Shown: positions 40,869 to 54,770 of the stretch, piece by piece
Layout: the number at the start of each line of letters is the position of its first letter
How positions within the stretch are numbered: the stretch's first letter is position 1
NCBI GenBank assembly: GCA_039096225.1
Contig: JBBPEB010000024.1
Span: forward strand, 186,001 to 250,000
Reading direction: 5' to 3'
DNA: 64,000 nt
From: Blastocystis sp. Blastoise
Taxonomy: Eukaryota; Protista; Bigyra: Opalinata
The notes under the pieces: model-generated
What the model saw: the letters and a program-made list of their open reading frames with translations, nothing else
Told to the model about the DNA's origin: nothing
Database searches by the model: none
Position numbers and translations under genes: made by a program

Positions 40869-41606
40869 TACAGAATGAATAGAAGAATATCCATGTACTA
40901 ACTGCGTTGTAGAGCCTATATAAGAACAAATAAGAAAGAATAAAAATAAAAATAAAAATATATATATGATATATCTATATACCTTTAGCCTCAGAAGGAT
41001 GACGATCATCAGTAGAAGACTCAATAACACCATAAGAACCTATATATATAATAAGTCAAATAAAAGAAAATATACGATATATACCTTCATTAATATTGCC
41101 ATTAGCACCAATCATTTCATTAGAACCTATAGAGAAATAGTAATAGGAAATTAAAAGAAAAGTAAAAATAAATGAATGGCAACATACCTTCAAGACGATT
41201 AACACATCTTTCATCACCATCAATAGCATCAGTAACATCATCAAGAACAATAGAAGAACCTATAGATAAATATAAATATAAAATAAAAATAAATGAATGA
41301 CAGGATACCTTCAAGACCACATGATAACCTTACACCATCATCAGTAAACGATACCAAACACACAGAAGAACCTAAGATAATATAAAATAATAAAACAAAA
41401 AGAAATGTATAAATATATACCTTCAAGACCATATTGATAAGCACCATCACCATCAACGACATCCATACTTGTATTCATTTGAGTAAAAGAACCTATATAT
41501 GAATAATAAAAAAATAAATACAATACATACTTGACCTTCTCCGAGAAAGGTAATTTTTTTTGTTCAAGGACCTCCGCCTTGATGACAATCAGCCTTTTCT
41601 AGGCAT
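40500..41606 (-). pseudogene. Ten-exon micro-exon gene in which every intron is phase 1 (two in-frame TGA codons); 3' end approximate
   Basis: Exon 1 is 41606-41531 (MPRKG*LSSRRRSLNKKNYLSRRRS). Internal exons are 72, 63, 72, 42, 57, 51, 72 and 60 nt, mostly beginning (G)S and ending E/K. The last exon starts at 40566. Confidence 0.75.
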
Positions 41607-42354
41607 CTTATTTAATAATTTAATAAAAAATAAGTATTTTTATATAGAAAACGAAAACACATTCATATTTGAACTTTTTAAAAATAGGGTCAATATTTAA
41701 AATATGAATCTTTAGAAAATAATAGGAATCATAATTAACCTTTAATTTTTATTAATTTTATTACTAAACTTATATTTGGGTCATTTTTTGTTAAAAACAT
41801 TTTAGGTACCCAAAAACTATAGTTTTTTACATTTTTTAATTATTTGTTTATACTAATTGACTGAGTATGTTTTATTCATTAATTTGATGTTGCTTAGTTA
41901 TTATTTTTATATTTATTTATATATATTTATTTATTTATTGAAAATAATACACTTTTCTATAGGATTCTTTGTCTTTTTCTTGGTTGTGGAGATAGAAGCT
42001 TCTTGAAGTGGTCCTGGTTGTGTCAAATGGATTATTTCGTGTCAGGTATATAAATATATTTTTTATTTCTTACCTCTGCTTATTTTTTACTAATTGCTTT
42101 TTATTATTATTTAATTTTATTATCTATTTTATTTATTTATGTATTTATATCATTTATTAAATTATTTATTATCTATTTTTATTCTATAGGAAAAAGAAAA
42201 GTAATGGATGTGTAGTGGTCTTCATTTCTTGATGTTTTATCTCTTTACTCTGTGGTCTCAAGTTTATCTATTAGATATATATATTTATTTATCTATTTAT
42301 TTATTTACTTATTTATATATATATATATATATATATTTATTTATCTATTTATTC

Positions 42355-42386
<32 letters not shown>

Positions 42387-42459
42387 TTATTTATCTATTT
42401 ATTCATTTATTTATTTATTTATTTTCTATTTTATATAGGTTTAATAGTCTTCTTATTTT

Positions 42460-42826
42460 TCTTCCTTCTTTCTTTTTCCTTCTTCCTTCATCCTTCCTAC
42501 TTCCTACTTCATTCTTCATTCTTCCTTCTTCTTCATTTTTCCTGCTTCCTACTTCATCCTTCTTTCTTCTTCTTCCTACTTCCTACTTCCTACTTCATTC
42601 TTCATTCTTCCTACTTCATTCTTCCTTCTTCTTCCTTCTTCCTTCTTCCTTCTTCCTTCTTCCTTCTTCCTTCTTCCTTCTTCCTTATCCTTGATTCTTC
42701 CTTCTTCCTTCTTCCTTCTTCTTCCTTCTTCCTTCTTCCTTCTTCCTCCTTCATTCTTCCTTCTTCATTCTTTCTCATGCTTCATTCTTCTTTTTTCTTC
42801 TTCCTTCTTCTTCATCCTTCATTCCT
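42460..42826. repeat. Polypyrimidine (TTC/TTCC)n low-complexity tract
   Basis: About 360 bp almost exclusively T/C on the + strand. Confidence 0.9.
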
Positions 42827-45029
42827 AATATATATATATATATATATATAATAATAATTATTATTCTTTAAATTCCCTTTATGCTCTAGAAGGAGAGAAG
42901 CAATCATTATAGATTGTTTTCAGGTTCAATTTCTGACATGAAGTTTTATTTTTCTTTTTTTTAATAATTTATTTACATATTATATATATATATATTATCT
43001 TTTTGACTTTATTTTCTTTTTTTTTTAAATTAAAATTTTTAATTATCAATAATATATACATATATCTAACTTTACATAGTTTTTTTAACAACTTGTCCCA
43101 ACAATCTTCAGAATGAGTAACAATCCATTCAAACATAAAGTATTACTCATCATCAAGACTGCTTGTATCAATCAAAATACATGTGTAAAACTTGATTTAT
43201 TGATTTAAACTCAATTTTAACTATTAAAAGTAAACAAACCAAACACACATGTTGACTTTAAAACGTTAAACACAGTATTAAAAGGTTATTTATTTAGAGT
43301 AGACATAAGACACCAATTTAAACAAAAATGTATGAAAACGATCAACTCTTGATTCAACTTTACCATTTAACAAGACACTCATCCACAATACTTTCCAAAG
43401 TTCTTTTAGTAAAGTGTTTATATACACATGTTATGTAAAAAATAAAAGTCAACTTCTTGAATCCCTTTATTTAAGACAGTCTTTAAAACATTTTGACAAA
43501 TTAACAATCTTTAACTTGTTAGTTAAAGCTAATATTTTAAGAGTAGACTTGACTTGGATCAATAAAAACAACGGCCAACACTTTAAACATTTTAAGACAT
43601 ACTTTACATTTTGCCCATACACTTTGACCTTCATAATTTTGACTCTCCTTTTAACATAGTATGGAGTTATAAGTTTAGTTTATTAAATAAAAGTCATTAT
43701 ATTGAATCTCTCACTCTAAGACCACTTAATTCACATTTTTCAAAATTGTCACTGTTAAACTTGTTATTTTAAAACTTTGTTTTAACTATAGTAGTTTGAT
43801 GACCTATTGATTACAATACTACAATATTAGTCAATTATAAGAAGATCGAAGAAAATATCGATCACTCAAAAATAGTCCTCAGGAGCTGAAAATTGGTACA
43901 CCTAGGTTTTCTGACCTCCTGAATCAGAATATCATGTCAAAATAAGAATCTAAATTTGACCGTTAAGGCCTCACGTGTTCAATATGAAAAAGTATTAAAA
44001 AATAGATAAATATAAAGAATAAACATGGATAACGTATATTGTGGGATTGAGAAAAAATCAAGTTTACCCCATGTTTATTTTTCAATTGTCTGGTCAACAA
44101 TTTTTATCTTTATGATCCCAAAGAGCCAATCAAAAACGACTCAAAAATCATGTTTTCTGTTCTTTTATTAATATCTTTTTAATTATTAACAATATCGCTT
44201 ATCCAAATATATGTTGCAAATCTACATGTTATATCGTATTGAACTGTGTTTCAACCAAAAGTTAACTCCCCGTAAGTTTAGAGGAGTTGCGGCGACAAAC
44301 TATAGTATACATTAGCCAATCAAATGGTTTTACAAAAAACTGACCAATGAGAATTTTTTTGCATATTTGCTTTATAATAGTAATGATTAATATTTTTCTG
44401 GAATAATTTTTAGAATTTCTTTCTATTTTTGGTTCATTATATCACTTTATGCTGTGTTTCTATTGCATTCTATTTTTTTTCTTTTTGGATGCTATAAATA
44501 ATTATGTGTAGTTTATAAAAATGTAAGTGCAAAAATAATATACATTGTTTTTGTTGTTGATTTATAATGAAAATTCTTATTTAAAAGTCTATTTCGTTAT
44601 AAAAATGGTAAAAGAAAAATATGTTAAAATTATTGTTTAAATCTAAATTGATATGACTGTTTTTCTTTGTTATTCATAAAAAATTCAGGCTATTAGTGGT
44701 ATTTTATTTCAAGAAAAATTTTTTTTGAATGATATTTTAAAAAATATGAAACGTTATATCTTTAAAAAAGTAGTGAATATAAAATAATTCTTTATAAAAG
44801 AAATATTTAGAATTTCTTAAATATATAATTGATATTGAAATAATAAAATGTATAAATAAATATTCATTATAATCAACAAAAATAAAAAAACAAATAATCC
44901 ATGTTTTATAAATATTATTATAAATATATATAAATAACAATAAATATGACCAAATGAAACATTTAAATCTCATTTTTAAATTATCTTTTGCATGTTTTTG
45001 AATATATAAAATCCAAAACTAGAAGACTA

Positions 45030-45900
45030 AATTCATAAATTTTACAATCCCTAGTGTTGATCAATATTATCTTTTGTCATTCAATTAATATGAGAAGCAA
45101 AAATGTCATTAATCTAATCAATAAGAAGAGAAGATGTTATCCATCCAGATTTGAAATGGAAGCATTTTAATCGATTCATATTATGTTTTGTCACTTCTTC
45201 ATTACTATATGTTTGTTGTTCACATATATAAGAAGCCTCTATTACTATCAGCACTTATAAAACCTATAATGGGTAAATAACTAAGAGAAAACCTTGTTCT
45301 GACATTGTTATATAACCATCAGGAACAACAACACAAAATAATTTACAAAAAGAATTGTCCAACTTTCATCCATATTGAAGATAAACGAATTATGATAATT
45401 TCTTATTGCTTTTAAATGAAGTATATTACGTATAAGTGTTTTTGCAAACTTCTTGATACATATAGCTTTGAATAGATATACAATAATTGGTTTTTTTAAT
45501 GATATTTTATACTTCTTCAAAATTTCTGACGAAGTTCTCTGAAACATCTACTGTATCTTTTGATATATCACATAGTAGAGTAGTAGAAATGTGTTCAATA
45601 ATATCTTTTTTAGTTACACAATATCTATCAATTTCTTTTTGACTAATCAAATTAATAATATTATTTTCTTAAACTACAGAAAGAATAAAAGGATGTCAAG
45701 CTTTGTAAACAGTACCATTCTTTTCAATAGATTCTTTTGCTCTTATTTCTGATATTTTAGATGCTTTAATAGACTTAGCTACTCTCTTAGATGATAGATT
45801 TCTTTAGAATTCATATTCAAGACATACTTCTTTCATTTTCAAATATTTTTTTCCAGGACTAACAACATTTTTAATATCTGGATGATTAAATATCTTTAAT
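45030..45900 (-). pseudogene. Heavily decayed pogo/Tigger-like (DDE_1) transposase remnant
   Basis: IFNMDESW motif near 45355-45385, with fragmentary downstream motifs and many frameshifts. Confidence 0.5.
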
Positions 45901-46130
45901 TCATTATATGAAGCATTAGACTGATTTTTAAACATTTTCAATAAGTAAATTTTTTATATCTAATATCAAATATAAATAGTTTTGAAAACAAAACTATGCA
46001 TAAAATGAATATGTTTTTAAAATAGTATTTATAGTATTTTTTTTTTAAAATCATTAATTTATACGAAAACGACATTTAACAAAAAATTGACCTATTATTT
46101 TAAGAAAAGGGTTTTTTTCCATAATCTTTA

Positions 46131-48780
46131 TTATTTTTCTATATCCTCTATATAATAATTATTATTGATAGAATTCACTGGATATATAAATGCATCATTT
46201 AGTGAAGTGACTCTATTCTGGTATTGAACAATTTTGATATCAAACTCAAATCCAAACGTATTGGAGCATTCTTGTGTTATTCTACTTATTGTATTAATAT
46301 AACGATATTCTTGGATACATAAAGATACAGTATCTGATAAAAACATTTCTTTAGTTACAACTGTAAATAAATATTTTCTATTTGTTACTCTTTTCTTTGA
46401 CATAGGCTTTTTCCAAATTAATAATTTACGTTCATTATTATAAAAGTCTTTAATATAGGTATATAATGTTGATTCAGATATTAACTAGGGAACATAAAAA
46501 TAGTATATGATAATTACTTTCAATACTATCTTTATCATAATCTATTTGAAGTTCTTTTGAAACAAATAATTTGAATTTCCATAACACGCATTCTTGTATC
46601 TTACTTTCTTGAAATGAAATTATTATTTTGTCAATACTAATAAATAGTTTCTACATATATTTTTTTTTGTTCTGATAATTGTCTACATGTGAATGATGTT
46701 GTTGTTGAACATCTTTATCATAGAGATAAAGTTTTGGTATTTTATCTTTGTTAGCAAAGAATATTCGTAAATATATTTATAGTTTTCATGGTACTGAAAT
46801 AATATATATATATTCATTATTATTTAGAATCTTTTTCTCATCTTGAAAATCATTATATAGAAAATTCAGTTTTCCTGAAGTTTATGTCTCATTCTCCAAA
46901 AGCAATTATTTCCATAAATTTATTATACATCATTAAATAATATATATCTCCTTATATATTTCTTAGTCCCAATTTTTTAATATCATTTTTATAGTTCCAT
47001 ATAGGTCAAATATTTCCATTTTCATTTATAATACCTTATACCTGATAATATGGAGATATCATATCATAAGTAAATGAAGAAATTGAATATTTATTGAATA
47101 AAGATCTATTTATTAATTCTAATACCAAATCATTGATATATCTTTGCTATTTTTCTATTATATCTGCTTGTGAAGAAGTATTGTCTATATCTTTTGTATC
47201 TAATTATATGAGGCTTCTTCATGTCTATCAATGGTTTCTGAGATAAATATCTGAGCATTAATATTAGTTGCATCTTCTTTATTTGTTGTTTTAACATCAA
47301 TTGAATAAAAAGTAATTGAATAAATACTAGTACATCTCTTGCATAATATATGTATACAAGATGAATTGAATTCATCAATTAAATAATGAGTATATATATA
47401 CTTAATACAGCTTATTTCATAGAACCCAGTCATACTACACTTCTTGATATCATATAAGGATAATGATAAAAATTTTGATATTTCTACTGATAGTTTTTCG
47501 TAAGCAATTCTTCCAATATCAGGACCATTGTATAAAAGATCTTCAAGTTGTACTCGTAATAAGTGACAGTGTTTTGATATTTGTGATTCTTGTATATAAT
47601 AAGGTCTTCTATTACTTCCATCATTGGGACACATTTATGGTCAAAATAATTTTTCAGCGTTCCAAAAAAGTTCTTCAATTCTATTAGACTTATAATTCGT
47701 ACATACATATAGACTATTAGTAAAAGAAAAGAGATAACGATGGGTATCTTCAAGAAGTGATTGAAATACTATATTATTTGTGTTGTTCTGTGTTTTAATA
47801 GATGTTTCTAGATAGTTTATATAGTTTGATTTGTTGCTATATATTTCTTCTCGATTTAAGTATATACACATTTTATATATTATTAATAATTATGTATCTC
47901 TATAGGATTCGATGTTTCTTTCTATATGTTTTATGCAATATCTAATGTTTGAATTAGGAAAGATTGACTCACAGGCTATTAACTAAGCTTGGTATCTATC
48001 CATTATAAATGCTATTGGGTCTTAAAGATATTGCATTCGTCAGACATGTAAAAAACAGCTCTAATGATGAGATTTTCTTATAATTGATAAAAGCAAATGC
48101 TTTGATTTGCGTGCTACCATTTTGTCAATAAGAGTTGTTACAATTAGAAGAATTTGAATTTTATTGGTACATACAGTACCATCAATAAAAACTATGTACG
48201 AAAATATATCAGATTTAGAGATTATTGTATTTATTACTCCAAGAAAGCGCAAAATTATTGTCATCATTATAATCTTCTATTAAATAATATCCTTTTTTAA
48301 AAATACTTTGCTACTTTTGCTATTTGATCATCTTCTCTTTTCTTTACAATTTTCCTTTTATATTATATATGAATTGATTATCTGGATTAAAATTTATACT
48401 AGTTTATATCTATTATTAATACATCAAAACTCGATTATTGAATTAAGTGATTTTTTTATTTAAATATAGCCTTTTATTGTGTAATTTTATAAATGTGGAA
48501 TAAATTGAGTGATTATGATATATATTGAATGAATAGCAGGTTCCTTGACCATAGTTATTAATGGAATACTTAATATATGAGTTGAATATCTGACACTATT
48601 GACAATTAACATCTTGTTTTCTTTTTGCTTAATTGGGCAACACAATATATAACACTACCTGATATCGGACTTCTTTATTGTATACTACAGTTCTTTTTCC
48701 TCCATGTAATACATTATAAAGTCCTTGAATAAGTTGCATTTCTATGTGGTCTGTTCTGTATTACTTTCACTAATACTTTG
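46131..48780 (-). pseudogene. Decayed MULE transposase
   Basis: IVFIDGTVCTNK..LLIVTTLID (first D), IAFIMDRYQA*LIACESIFPNSNIRYCIKHIERNI (second D plus CxxH), and a degenerate SWIM region; many stops and frameshifts. Confidence 0.72.
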
Positions 48781-49245
48781 TATAATCTTCATTTATGATA
48801 ATGAAACCTGTTTTTGAAGATAATCAGAATTTATCTTATTCAAATATGTTTTTTTTTTAATTTTGCTATTTTTATTATTAAATTGTATAGCTAATGATCC
48901 AAGAATAACTAAATAACTTAAAATATAAAATACACATAATTCATCTTTATCATTATGATTTATTTATTTTTTACTTTATTCATTGTTCGTATTGGGTTAT
49001 TTGACGTAAAAATGTTTTTTTAAAGTTGCAGCTAAAAGTCAATAAGTTCATATTAAGTTTAAAGTTACCGTTTTTGTTAAAACCTAAAAGGATATTATCT
49101 CGAAACAAAAAGGAAATATCATTTCCTCATGAATTTTTTAAATAGAAACATTGATAAATGCTTATTTTTAGAAATATGTGGTGAAAAAACAATTGCTTAT
49201 TTTTATCGGACAGAAATCCAAAATTTGGCCTTTAGGCGTATTTTA

Positions 49246-49604
49246 GGGGTTAAATCCCGATAGTCAAGTTTTCAAAAAAATTTTTATGAGTTGACATTTT
49301 TGGCTTTATTCTTTACGAGTTGACAATTATAATTTATTTTTTTACGAGTTGACAATAATGATTTAATTATTTACGAGTTTACAACTAATATTTTATTTTT
49401 TACAAGTGAAAACTTGTAATTTAATTATTTCTGATGTTTCTAAAGAAAATATTTTTTTTCAATTTTCTTCGTTTTAAATAGTCATGAAAATATTTAAAAA
49501 AACATAAATAATTAAATCATAATTGTCAACTCGTAAGAAATTAAGGCACAATTGTCAACTCGTAATATGAATGTCTGAGAATTTGACTATTGGGATTTAA
49601 CCCC
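49246..49604. mobile_element. MITE (359 bp) with 22-bp TIRs and 29-bp-spaced subterminal repeats
   Basis: TIRs GGGGTTAAATCCCGATAGTCAA and TTGACTATTGGGATTTAACCCC (1 mismatch); TTTA on both flanks; TTACGAGTTGACA repeats (5 left, 2 inverted right). Confidence 0.88.
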
Positions 49605-49804
49605 TTTATTTATTATCTCATATATATTTTTTTTATCCGTTTTATATGAAAGAAATATTTTTTAAATTTTATGCTATCAGTTACTAAATCATAATATTTA
49701 TAAATATTCTTTGTTCTATTTATTTATTTTATTGAATCATGCATATATTCTATCTAAATAGATCTCATTTATTCTATTTTATTTTTTAATAATAAATATG
49801 TTTC

Positions 49805-49955
49805 GTGATATGAAATAGTAGTAGTTGAACTTTTGAATTTTTAAAATATTAATTTAATTTCTTTTTAACTATAAAAAGCAACTTGTTGTTTTTTATATGA
49901 AAAAAAAATAAAATTTTAAAAATTCAAAAGTTCAACTACTACTATTTCATATCAC
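49805..49955. repeat. 151-bp foldback with perfect 43-bp inverted arms (MITE-like)
   Basis: 49805-49847 is the exact inverse of 49913-49955; no clear TSD. Confidence 0.85.
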
Positions 49956-50574
49956 TAATATCTACTTACAATATATAATAAAAATATATTATAGTTTATG
50001 AATAAGAATTTGTATTAATATTTTCTTTTTTAATAACAAATAATAATTCATTTCATAATAAGGATATCTAAAAGTAATGGAACCAAAATTATGTCTGTTT
50101 ATATTTTTAAAAATTTATAAATTATGTTATTAAATTCTTTTATTCTCATATATAGTATAAATATATAAGCATTTATTTAAAGACATTTTGAAGAGAACAA
50201 AAATGAACACAAATAAATATATTATCGTTTTTTTTAAATGAATTCTTATGATATAAAAATATATGTCATACTTATATATGACATATACTAAAAATAATTA
50301 TCTGTATGACAATAACCTTTTCACTATTATAAATAAATATATATAATTCTTATAATTATAGAATAATTTTTTTCAGTCAATTAATAGTGTTTATAGGGAT
50401 ACAATAATCAATCAACAGTATTAAAAAAAATATTTTTTTTTTTTTGAGAGACGTATCACTTTGAAATTTCATTTCTCAGTCAATTTTTAGTTTTTAAGAA
50501 TTTATTTTTTATATATTATAATTAGAAAATATTAAATTATATGTTATAAAAATATTGACTTTATTTAAATAAAA

Positions 50575-51991
50575 ATGATGGTTAAAATTGATCTTATTCG
50601 AAACAATAAAAACAAAAATTTTTGAAAAATAACGAAATTTCTTTTTCATTTTTGAACCCGAGATTCAACGATATTTTATATTTTAACTTTATATATATAT
50701 GCAATATTATATTAACTATTAATATGACTTTTAAAAAGTGTGTTAGGAGGACTTATTTTGGTACAAAGTCGCAATTAACTTTTTTTAACCCTTTTTAAAA
50801 AGTCGTTTGAAGACATAAGAAATCATAATGCTGTATATGAGACATCTATACACCAAATATAAATTCAAAAATTTGAAATGAAGGTGGTCAAGATTTGTTG
50901 ATATACCAACATTCCCTTTTAAAAAGTACACTTATAACATATATATGTATAGTCAAGGTCTGTGTATTTATAAATAAAATCCATAGTTGATTCTATGAGG
51001 CTTAATCAAAAAGATATCGACTAATTCTTGTTTTAAATTAAAACTAACTTGCTATATGAGTGGTGTTTTTTGTGGAAATATCAAATATTAAGTCCATAAA
51101 TCTTTATTAATAGCTAAAAAATTTCAATATTTTTTCGACCATTTTATGTTTTAAATTTATTCATATATTTAGAAAGTGTAAAATTGTAAGATTAAAAAAT
51201 GTAAAGTTTAGAATTTAATAAAATGAAAATTGTTGACAGAACGAGTAATTGAAGTTTTTTAGTCAATTTTTCGATTATTTAAAAACAAATTTTAATAACT
51301 ATTTGGATTGTTTTATGAATATATATGTTGATTCAGATAGTATTGATTAGAATCAAAGGATGTTAAAAATGAATATGTACAATATCTCAATACTTTGTGG
51401 ACCAATATTTTTAAAGGTTTCATATATTATAATAAAATGAGTAATTCTATGTATATAGTAATGAATTTAATCTATTGGATTATTTTGAATACTGATTGCT
51501 TAACTAGATTGTCTTTTATGTTTAAAAGTTGTTTTTATGTGTGGTGAAAAATGTTATAAACTAAAAAATAAAATTATAAATTATAAATATAAAATAATGA
51601 ATAAACAATATAAAATTATAGAATAAAAAATATAAATAATTTCCTGAAATTTCTTAAAAAATATAAGAGAAAAATAAATATTAAGTTTATATAATTTTGA
51701 TGGAAACAAAAGAATTCTATAAAATGTACGACAGTTTTTATTGGTTAAAAATACAAATTTGATCCTTTTAGCATATTTTAGTGGCCTAGTCGATTAAGTA
51801 TTTTTTTGTGGGACTGTTTTAGGCCTTTAGACATGAAATTTTTGAAAATTAAAAAAAAGTATCATAATAGATTTTTTATATAGTATCTTAATATATTATC
51901 AGTTTAACTTAGATACGTAACACAAAAAAGTAATCGGTCCATTTATATCAGTTCAATTTGTGTGCTATCAATCTTTCTTTATATACAAGAT
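50575..51991. repeat. Longer copy of the non-coding repeat family joining the 10272-type body and the 23571-type end
   Basis: 5' part aligns by eye to 10272-11240 and 3' part to 23571-23852. Confidence 0.7.
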
Positions 51992-52357
51992 TTTAATTAT
52001 CATTAAAATAACGATTAAATAAATGAGAAAATGATGTTTTAAAAGGTAATGAACAAATAAAAACCCCAAAACATATCAGACACAAAACCATTTTTTTTTT
52101 TTTTTAAATTTTATTTTTTGTATCTAAAAAGGTCTGACTAAAAAATAAAAACTACTCATTAATGAAAATTATTAATCCAGTGAAAATGTATATTAGTGCA
52201 GCTATTTTTATTTTTGAATAGAAAATTGATATATTTATATAAAATAATAATAAATTATATTTAATAAGTGATAAGTGAATAAGAAAAGAGAAATAAATTA
52301 ACAAATAGAAGTGATATAAGTTAATAGTATATGTAAATAGGATACAACGAAATATAA

Positions 52358-52430
52358 GCCTCGATAGCTCAGTCGGGAGAGCGTATGACTGAAGATCATA
52401 AGGTCCCTGGTTCGATCCCGGGTCAAGGCG
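52358..52430 (+). tRNA. tRNA-Phe(GAA)
   Basis: GCCTCGA TA GCTC AGTCGGGA GAGC G TATGA CTGAAGA TCATA AGGTC CCTGG TTCGATC CCGGG TCAAGGC G; one acceptor mismatch; downstream T-runs. Confidence 0.95.
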
Positions 52431-52462
52431 TAATTTTATTTTTGTTTATTTTTATATAGTCT

Positions 52463-54360
52463 ATGATCGATAAGGATCACTTTGGAAGTGGTTTGGAGTT
52501 CAAACTCTACACCAAAAATATTTTTCCTAAATGGGAAAAATATCTTTATAGATTTCAAATTTGGAAATCTCAGTTCAGAGATGATGGTCTACAACAGCTG
52601 TATCAAAAGTCGTTGTCAAACTATCATTCTTCTTCACTGAGAAAACTGAGTTTAAAGAGATCTACTCATGTATTCAGCTGGAAGTTTACTCAAAATAAAA
52701 AGTTTCAAATTTACAGTCAAAATTCAAAAATAATTAGAAAAATGAAAAATTCAAATTTTTCATGTTCTTCTTCTACCCCTTTTTATTTCTCTAATAGAGA
52801 AATTAAGAATTTCAAAGCTTCTAATAATGGAATCTACACGTCTTCCGCCATTGAATCTCAAGATCCAAACCACAAAAATTTTGCTCATTTACTTAATCGG
52901 CGAAGTGAAGTGGTTCGAAAATTGGCTTCTAAGGTTCCATCTACTACTGATAAGGGTCCTCATTACAAAAAACCATGTTTTAGCTCAAAAGCTCAGAAAC
53001 AAGAGAGAATGGTGAAATACATTATGAAAAAGGTCCTTTCCAAAAATATCAAAATTGGTATCCGTGATGGTTCTTCTTACTCTACATCAGATAATGGTCT
53101 TCGTTTAGATTCTTCTATGGTTTCCAAAAACAGAGAGAATGGTGACTTTAAAGAAGTTTCAAAAAATGATGAAAATGGTGTGGAAAGCAAGATAATGATG
53201 AATACGAATGGCTGTGATGATATTAATACTTCAATGGTTCCTAATGAGAGAAAAGAAGCCAAGAATGATGATGAAAATAATATATATATAGATGTTATTA
53301 ATGAGAATACTAATATGAATAATAATATAATAGATATCAATAATGATGAAAATAATATAAATATTAATTATATAGATAATAATAATGACGAAAATAATAT
53401 AGTCCATAATTATGTAAAGAATAATAAGAATATAGATAATAAGAATATGGATAAGAATACTAATGAAATTGGTACTAATATGGAAGATAATGATAATAAT
53501 TATATAGAAAGTGATGATTCTTCATATGTTCCAGATTCTGAAATGGATGATGTTGATAGTTATACCTCTTCTAGTTATTATACATCAGATATGGATGAAA
53601 GTGAAGATATGAATGAATTAGAAAAACATGAAATAGTGAAGATAGATGATATAAGTAATGAAAATAATAATATAAATAATCCTCTAAATATACTTATGAA
53701 TGATCTTCTTAATGATGTTAATAATTATATAGATAAAAATGAATATATAGATAAATATAAATATGAAAATGAAATATCAAATGATATAGATAATAAAAAT
53801 ATGAATAATATTTCTAATACTCCTATTACTCCTAATAACACTATAACTCCTATAACTCCTATAACTCCTTCTATTCCTATAACTCCTTCTACTCCTAATA
53901 CTTCTATAACTCCTTCTACTACTATATCTCCTAATACTCCTATAATTCCTTCTACTCTTATAACTCTTATAACTCCTTCTACTGCTAATACTTCTATAAC
54001 TCCTAATACTCCTATAAATGTTTCTACTCCTATAACTTCTTCTACCCCTATAACTTCTGGTACTTCAATAACTCCTATAACCCATATTACTTCTATAACT
54101 CCTATTACTCCTATAACTCCTCTTGATCCTATAACTCCTATAACTCCTTCTACTCCTATAACTCCTATTAACCCAATAACTCCTATTACTCCTATAACTC
54201 CTATTACTCCTATAATTCCAATAACTACAATAACTCCTATAAATCCTATTACTCCTATAACTCCTATAACTCCTTCTACTCCTATAACTCCTATAACTCC
54301 TATTACACCTGTAACTACTATTAACCATTTATATATTAATTCTCATCTAAATGTTAATAC

Positions 54361-54397
<37 letters not shown>

Positions 54398-54695
54398 ATT
54401 AACAGAGATACTGACATAAATAGATTTAATAATATTAATAAATTGTCTAATAATAATAATAATAATAATAATTCTTTAGATATTAATTCCTCAACTAATA
54501 TAAATGAATCTACTAATATTAATAATAATATGATAATAGATTCTTCTTCTTCTGATAATAATAATAATAATTCTACAGATATCGATATTAATAATACTAG
54601 TATATATGATAATGATATTGATTCTACTGATATTAATATTATAGATATTACAGAAGATGAAACAGATGCTATGAATACCTTTGATGATCATGAAG

Positions 54696-54770
<75 letters not shown>

